From Balanoglossus misakiensis (taxonomy: Eukaryota; Animalia; Hemichordata): 64,000 bases of DNA. Below, in pieces: positions 56,501 through 64,000 of the stretch (positions are counted from its first letter, which is position 1; the number at the start of each line of letters is the position of its first letter). A program made the translations under genes and the position numbers. The DNA lies in assembly GCA_040954595.2 (NCBI GenBank), contig CM082588.2:8912844-8976843 (forward strand), written 5' to 3'. The notes beneath the pieces are model-generated. The model did not search any database and had not been told where the DNA came from. It saw nothing but the letters and a program-made list of their open reading frames with translations.

Positions 56501-59500
56501 ATAAACTATCTAAAACCGTGTCTTTCCGTCCGCATGACCAACCAAGGAGCGAAAAAGTCGTTATTTAGGGCGTAATAAAACGTTTTTGTCGCCGAGGAGT
56601 GAATAAAGAACGGTCAGATCGTTGCGGTGCAGGGAACTCTTATTTGCACCGCTGCGGTGCAAATAAGATCATTGGAGTTATGCTGCAATATAGTGCGGAA
56701 AATTTCCGTCTTTTTCGAGTACACATCGTGATGGCGAAGGGTTCAGGAAGGCTAACCTTTTACCTGAAGGTGTCAACTGATGTTGGTTCGAGACCACTTT
56801 TTTTTATTTCTTTTTTGTGTGAGAACTTTTAAGGCATTATCATTGTAATTTTTATCATTTTCATAAATCCAATTCATTTCGATATCTACGCTGCGTTTTT
56901 AATCTGTCGGGTATAAGAAACATGCAGGGAAACTTGGTCATTTTTTTGTCGCGGTTCACTTGGGCAAGTCTGAATACGGAGTGCTCAGCAGAGAGAAAGA
57001 TAAACTCGCTAAAACCGTGTCTTTCCGTCCGCATGACCAACCAAGGAGCGAAAAAGTCGTTATTTAGGCCGTAATAAAACGTTTTTGTCGCCGAGGAGTG
57101 AATAAAGAACGGTCAGATCGTTGCGGTGCAGGGAACTCTTATCTGCACCGCTGCGGTGCAAATAAGATCATTGGAGTTATGCTGCAATATAGTGTGGAAA
57201 ATTTCCGTCTTTTTCGAGTACACATCGTGATGGCGAAGGGTTCAGGAAGGCTAACCTTTTACCTGAAGGTGTCAACTGATGTTGGTTCGAGACCACTTTT
57301 TTTCTATTTCTTTTTTGTGAGAACTTTTAACGACATTATTATTGTAATTTTTATCATTTTCTTAAATCCAATACATTTCAATATCTACGCTGCGTTTTTT
57401 ATCTGTCGGGTATAAGAAACATGCAGGGAAACTTGGTCATTTTTTTGTCGCGGTTCACTTGGGCAAGTCTGAATACGGAGTGCTCAGCAGAGAGAAAGAT
57501 AAACTAGCTAAAGCCGTGTCTTTCCGTCCGCATGACCAACCAAGGAGCGAAAAAGTCGTTATTTAGGCCGTAATAAAACGTTTTTGTCGCCGAGGAGTGA
57601 ATAAAGAACGGTCAGATCGTTGCGGTGCAGGGAACTCTTATCTGCACCGCTGCGGTGCAAATAAGATCATTGGAGTTATGCTGCAATATAGTGCGGAAAA
57701 TTTCCGTCTTTTTCGAGTACACATCGTGATGGCGAAGGGTTCAGGAAGGCTAACCTTTTACCTGAAGGTGTCAACTGATGTTGGTTCGAGACCACTTTTT
57801 TCTATTTCTTTTTTTGTGAGAACTTTTAACGACATTATTATTGTAATTTTTATCATTTTCTTAAATCCAATTCATTTCAATATCTACGCTGCGTTTTTTA
57901 TCTGTCGGGTATAAGAAACATGCAGGGAAACTTGGTCATTTTTTTGTCGCGGTTCACTTGGGCAAGTCAGAATACGGAGTGGTCAGCAGAGAGAAAGATA
58001 AACTCGCTAAAACGGTACCGTGTCTTTCCGTCCGCATGACCAACCACGGAGCGAAAAGTCGTTATTTAGGCCGTAATAAAACGTTTTTGTCGCCGAGGAG
58101 TGAATAAAGAACGGTCAGATCGTTGCGGTGCAGGGAACTCTTATCTGCACCGCTGCGGTGCAAATAAGATCATTGGAGTTATGCTGCAATATAGTGCGGA
58201 AAATTTCCGTCTTTTTCATGTACACCTCGTGATGGCGAAGGGTTCAGGAAGGCTAACCTTTTACCTGAAGGTGTCAACTGATGTTGGTTCGAGACCACTT
58301 TTTTCTATTTCTTTTTTTGTGAGAACTTTTAACGACATTATTATTGTAATTTTTATCATTTTCTTAAATCCAATTCATTTCAATATCTACGCTGCGTTTT
58401 TTATCTGTCGGGTATAAGAAACATGCAGGGAAACTTAGTCATTTTTTGTCGCGGTTCACTTGGGCAAGTCTGAATACGGAGTGCTCAGCAGAGAGAAAGG
58501 TAAACTCGCTAAAACCGTGTCTTTCCGATCGCATGACCAACCAAGGAGCGAAAAGTCGTTATTTAGGCCGTAATAAAACGTTTTTGTCGCCGAGGAGTGA
58601 ATAAAGAACGGTCAGATCGTTGCGGTGCAGGGAACTCTTATTTGCACCGCTGCGGTGCAAATAAGATCATTGGAGTTATGCTGCAATATAGTGCGGAAAA
58701 TTTCCGTCTTTTTCGAGTACACATCGTGATGGCGAAGGGTTCAGGAAGGCTAACCTTTTACCTGAAGGTGTCAACTGATGTTGGTTCGAGACCACTTTTT
58801 CTATTTCTTTTTTTGTGAGAACTTTTAACGACATTATTATTGTAATTTTTATCATTTTCTTAAATCCAATTGATCATTTCAATATGTACGCTGCGTTTTT
58901 TATCTGTCGGGTATAAGAAACATGCAGGGAAACTTGGTCATTTTTTTGTCGCGGTTCACTTGGGCAAGTCTGAATACGGAGTGCTCAGCAGAGAGAAAGG
59001 TAAACTCGCTAAAACCGTGTCTTTCCGATCGCATGACCAACCAAGGAGCGAAAAGTCGTTATTTAGGGCGTAATAAAACGTTTTTGTCGCCGAGGAGTGA
59101 ATTAAGAACGGTCAGATCGTTGCGGTGCAGGGAACTCTTATTTGCACCGCTGCGGTGCAAATAAGATCATTGGAGTTATGCTGCAATATAGTGCGGAAAA
59201 TTTCCGTCTTTTTCGAGTACACATCGTGATGGCGAAGGGTTCAGGAAGGCTAGCCTTTTACCTGAAGGTGTCAACTGATGTTGGTTCGAGACCACTTTTT
59301 TCTATTTCTTTTTTTGTGAGAACTTTTAACGACATTATTATTGTATTTTTTATCATTTTCTTAAATCCAATTCATTTCAATATCTACGCTGCGTTTTTTA
59401 TCTGTCGGGTATAAGAAACATGCAGGGAAACTTGGTCATTTTTTTGTCGCGGTTCACTTGGGCAAGTCTGAATACGGAGTGCTCAGCAGAGAGAAAAATA

Positions 59501-61789
59501 AACTCGCTAAAACCGTGTCTTTCCGTCCGCATGACCAACCACGGAGCGAAAAGTTGTTCTTTAGGCCGTAATAAAACGTTTTTGTCGCCGAGGAGTGAAT
59601 AAAGAACGGTCAGATCGTTGCGGTGCAGGGAACTCTTATTTGCACCGCTGCGGTGCAAATAAGATCATTGGAGTTATGCTGCAATATAGTGCGGAAAATT
59701 TCCGACTTTTTCGAGTACACATCGTGATGGCGAAGGGTTCAGGAAGGCTAACCTTTTACCTGAAGGTGTCAACTGATGTTGGTTCGAGACCACTTTTTTT
59801 CTATTTCTTTTTTTGTGAGAACTTTTAACGACATTATAATTGTAATTTTTATCATTTTCTTAAATCCAATACATTTCAATATGTACGCTGCGTTTTTTAT
59901 CTGTCGGGTATAAGAAACATGCAGGGAAACTTGGTCATTTTTTTGTCGCGGTTCACTTGGGCAAGTCTGAATACGGAGTGCTCAGCAGAGAGAAAGATAA
60001 ACTCGCTAAAACCGTGTCTTTCCCACCGCATGACCAACCACGGAGCGAAAAGTCGTTATTTAGGCCGTAATAAAACGTTTTTGTCGCCGAGGAGTGAATA
60101 AAGAACGGTCAGATCGTTGCGGTGCAGGGAACTCTTATTTGCACTGCTGCGGTGCAAATAAGATCATTGGAGTTATGCTGCAATATAGTGCGGAAAATTT
60201 CCGTCTTTTTCGAGTACACATCGTGATGGCGAAGGGTTCAGGAAGGCTAACATTTTACCTGAAGGTGTCAACTGATGTTGGTTCGAGACCACTTTTTTCT
60301 ATTTCTTTTTTTGTGAGAACTTTTAACGACATTATTATTGTAATTTTTATCATTTTCTTAAATCCAATTGATCATTTCAATATGTACGCTGCGTTTTTTA
60401 TCTGTCGGGTATAAGAAACATGCAGGGAAACTTGGTCATTTTTTTGTCGCGGTTCACTTGGGCAAGTCTGAATACGGAGTGCTCAGCAGAGAGAAAGGTA
60501 AACTCGCTAAAACCGTGTCTTTCCGATCGCATGACCAACCAAGGAGCGAAAAGTCGTTATTTAGGCCGTAATAAAACGTTTTTGTCGCCGAGGAGTGAAT
60601 AAAGAACGGTCAGATCGTTGCGGTGCAGGGAACTCTTATTTGCACCGCTGCGGTGCAAGGAACTCCTATTTGCACCGCTGCGGTGCAAATAAGATCATTG
60701 GTGTTCTGCTGCAATATAGTGCGGAAAATTTCCGTCTTTTTCGAGTACACCTCGTGATGGCGAAGGGTTTAGGAAGGCTAACCTTTTTACCTGAAGGTGT
60801 CAACTGATGTTGGTTCGAGACCACTTTTTTCTATTTCTTTTTTTTTGTGAGAACTTTTAACGACATTATCATTGTAATTTTTATCATTTTCATAAATCCA
60901 ATTCATTTCGATATCTACGCTGCGTTTTTTTATCTGTCGGGTATAAGAAACATGCAGGGAAACTTGGTCATTTTTTTGTCGCGGTTCACTTGGGCAAGTC
61001 TGAATACGGAGTGCTCAGCAGAGAGAAAGATAAACTCGCTAAAACCGTGTCTTTCCGTCCGCATGACCAACCAAGGAGCGAAAAAGTTGTTATTTAGGCC
61101 GTAATCTGCGTCATGAAATGCTAAATTCCTGGGGCCACCTGTAACTTACTTGCGTAACTCATTATTATGGCCATATCTAATTTGACAAACCCAAAGGGCG
61201 AGGATTTTCCGTTGTCTTGAATATGAACCAAATAAGAATCCTAGGCTAATTTTTGGACGAATTTTGGGTACCCTCAGCTGTCCTTTGAAGTACTTACAGT
61301 TACTGAAGTACTTACAACGTAGAAGTTCACCTTTGGTTGTTGTGTTTGTACTTGTAGGACATGCATTTCGGGTGGGTACCTACTTCCCCATATCTCCACA
61401 CCCAGAGCAAATACAGCCTACGCATTTGAATGGTACAACCCTGAAGGGAGTCTAATGGTTATTCACTCTATGCTTGGGCCCCTTCAATGCTGCTTGCAAC
61501 TTTAATTGAGTATTTGAAATTTCATCTTATTTTTCTTTCAGATTCTTTGAAATGGTTACCCAATGTATAGAATATTAAACATCCTATACTAAATCAACGT
61601 TTCCCCAAAAAAGTCGCATATTAGTGTATTTTAAAGAATTTTGACATTGGAAATGTCAGTAATGTTAAGTGTATGTGGCGCTAGGACAATTTAATTGAAC
61701 ATGCCTCCATCATTTACGACCAAACGGTTTCAAAATTAAAGTATTTCTAATGATTCGTTGAAGTTTGATTTTTCCTTGCTAACCTATAG

Positions 61790-62270
61790 GGCTAGACGTT
61801 TGGTTTTTGATGCATGTGGATTAGTGCGTGATCAAAATATTTTGCTACTTTTCATGATCCCTTTGACCTCTGCTGACCTCATTAATTATGTGCATAGCTA
61901 ATTACAGGCGAACAAATAGCGCCAGAGGTTTGTTTTTTGTTGGACATTGACCAGTATGGGGTCAAAATTTTTTTGCCCAAATGTTAGGTGACCTCTGGTG
62001 ACCTTTGACCTACTTTCGCATATCTCAGCATCTGGAGAAGATACAGCCTTGGCATTTGGCAGGATGGGACCAAAATCTAATGCCAAATTTTTGGGTCACC
62101 TGTGACACCTGCTGACTTCATTAAATATGCACATACCTAATTACAGGCAAACCAATAGAGCTATAGTTTTGGTTTTTGTTAGACATGGACCAGTATGGGT
62201 CAAAAACAATTTAATGAAATTTGGGTGACCTCAGGTGACCTTTGACCTACTGTACTCTATATCAGCAGCA
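61790..62270. repeat. Degenerate ~240-bp tandem duplication rich in TGACC(T)TTGACC, probably a Helentron-type internal repeat
   Basis: 61871-62010 and 62110-62250 align at a period of ~239 bp. Confidence 0.55.
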
Positions 62271-62479
62271 AAGACACATACGTCATGAGATAAAACACCA
62301 GATAGAGCATTCTGTTTCTTCTCATTCGTACTGTACATATATAATTCCGCTTGCGGCTTTAATTCTTTCTTTATTCTTCTGTCAATTCTTCGGCCAACTA
62401 GATCTCTGAAACTACTGCAGGTACACTTCTCAAACTTTCAACAGTGGTCAAGGTCAATCCATATTGGATTTTCTGAAAA

Positions 62480-62682
62480 TATAAATGAAATTTTGCGAAG
62501 AATGAAGGGGTGGGAGGGGGAGGAAATAGTAAAATGAAGGACTCGAAACTGCAATTTCGTGGAGTCAAAAGCAAAAGTTGGGGGGGGGGGGGGCAAAAGT
62601 ATGTTTTTATTTGATGTGTGTGAGTTAGGGAAGTAAACGTTTCGAAAAAAAAGATGCCCCACCTTTTGGATTTCAAAATTTA
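62480..62682 (-). mobile_element. Fragment of the same repeat family as the 15633-16258 MITE, inverted
   Basis: Reverse complement matches ~15690-15850 (CTTTTTTCGAAACGTTT, ACATACTTTTGCCCCCC...CAACT, CCCTTCATTCTTCGC). Confidence 0.6.
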
Positions 62683-62893
62683 TGGAATGGTTTCTTGTGC
62701 GCATGTTTTTTAGTGTGGCCACTGTGATTAACCATCCATGTCCCCTTAAGCATGTGGTTTTGGGGGATTACCTGCAAAGTCGTCATGTCTGATACGAGCC
62801 AATTATTCATCCGGGTACCTGGAGCATTGTTCGTGGTCAAACGGTCAACTAGGTTGTAAATTACAGTCGCGCGAGGGCGCTTCATACCTCCAC

Positions 62894-63604
62894 GGCCGAG
62901 TTCGATTGTGACCCGAGTAGCGACCCGAGTAGCTGGCGCTGACGTCATTCTAGTTAGCATGCGCAGAAGCGTAACCCGGGAGATTTCAAACGAACGACGT
63001 CTACTTGCAACTCGCGTAAACATGGCGACTGAGTTCGAAGATTTCTTGGTTTTGCGTAATTTTTTGAGGATTTTGATGAATCTTTAGATTCTGCGGCAGT
63101 TTTGCAACTTCGCATAAATACTGCCATCATTGCCTCTCTGAGCTGTTTTTTTTTTTGCGCCGTTTATTTTTTGCGCCGAAAATACGTTCCGAAGATAAAA
63201 AAAATTTGCCTAAGATATCAAGAAATTTCACAAAACCGTACATACTCTATAAAAAAAAAATCTGATCCAGCGATCGTCGCCTGATTTCAAAAATATCCGA
63301 AATACGTATACCCTGTACTGTAAAAATTATGAAAATTGCTTTAAAATTAGTGCAATGACATCGTTTACCGCGTTTTACCCCGAAAATAGCAAAAAAAAAC
63401 CTAATACTTATGTTTACGTACGGTTGCCCTGTCGTCATTTTGTCGAGTTCCAACCCCAGCAACCCTGCTCCTGACGCGAAACAGGCCCGGGTTAAGTTCA
63501 AAGGTCATATGACGTAATTTGCGTCATCAGCGTAGCAACTCGGAGTCGTTCGATTGCAACGCGCGCGACTCGGGTCGCTACTCGGGTCGCAATCGAACTC
63601 GGCC
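62894..63604. mobile_element. Non-autonomous PIF/Harbinger-like transposon
   Basis: 37-bp TIR GGCCGAGTTCGATTG(T/C)GACCCGAGTAGCGACCCGAGT with 1 mismatch (62894-62930 / 63568-63604); 3-bp CAC on both sides. Confidence 0.8.
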
Positions 63605-64000
63605 CACTAGGTTGTGAAGTATAGTCGCGTGAGGGCGCTTCATACCTCCACCCCGGTAATACCAGACTGGTCGTTTTTTTTTCGGCTGGGGGTGGGGGAT
63701 GGTGGTGGTTCCATTTCGTGGATATCAAAATGTGACTGACCCTACCTCATTGATCATGGAAAAGTGGATGACCCCCCCCCCCCGTACTCTCAATTCCAAA
63801 ACAGGGCGACCGCCATGATTCCATCGCCCTCCCCGCGCCAAAGAAACTGGCCAGTCCCTAATACACCCTAATATGCGAACGCGCAAGGTTTCATGGGAAA
63901 TCGCTGAGCGGAAGTGCGGAAAATGACCAGACGACACGGAAGAGGCAGATTTTTGCGTGCAAATCGTCAACATACGAAGGGGCATATGGTTTTTAAGTAA

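Larger units (their letters stand above)
16939..61105. repeat. Tandem array (satellite-like) of ~88 near-identical ~499-bp units plus one partial unit
   Basis: The landmark CATGCAGGGAAAC recurs 89 times at a ~497-504-bp period, with three 382-bp, two ~663-bp and a few 513-532-bp variants. Both boundaries are sharp. Confidence 0.99.

Noticed and set aside
17287-61104. Recurrent 60-168-aa ORFs in the array (MQGNLVIF..., MNKERSDR...)
   Set aside because: Frames open and close with poly-T length changes between copies, there is no domain signature, and variants ignore codon structure.
16939-61105. CRISPR-like reading of the palindromic repeats
   Set aside because: The sequence between palindromes is near-identical rather than unique spacers, the context is eukaryotic, and there are no cas genes.
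16897-61290. Array carried inside one transposon (TTAAAGG at the left edge, CCTTTGAA at ~61282; AACAAG Helentron-like end)
   Set aside because: No matching TIR, sub-TIR or target duplication could be paired across the two flanks.

Overview
Animal (metazoan, probably invertebrate) genomic DNA, AT-rich, in three parts. (1) 293-14232 (+): one complete 17-coding-exon gene, assembled by hand from GT-AG splice sites with all introns in phase 1. It encodes a ~669-aa secreted protein: signal peptide, thyroglobulin type-1 domain, WAP domain and 14 LDL-receptor class A (LDLa) repeats, with no transmembrane segment. Its introns hold a decayed LDLa pseudo-exon, a LINE 3' end, several MITEs and an ~840-bp compound microsatellite next to a CAC...GTG DNA transposon. 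(2) ~16939-61105: a 44-kb head-to-tail array of ~88 copies of a ~499-bp unit with nested higher-order duplications. Each unit carries an RNA polymerase III type-2-like cassette (TATA-like element, A box, B box GGTTCGAGACC, oligo-T) that would give an ~85-nt structured, tRNA-like RNA, and nearly all units carry a 31-bp palindrome. A short 5S rRNA-like fragment lies ~210 bp upstream of the array. (3) Flanks made of non-autonomous DNA transposons. The many short ORFs in the array and microsatellites are not credible genes. All calls are by eye; no database searches were run.
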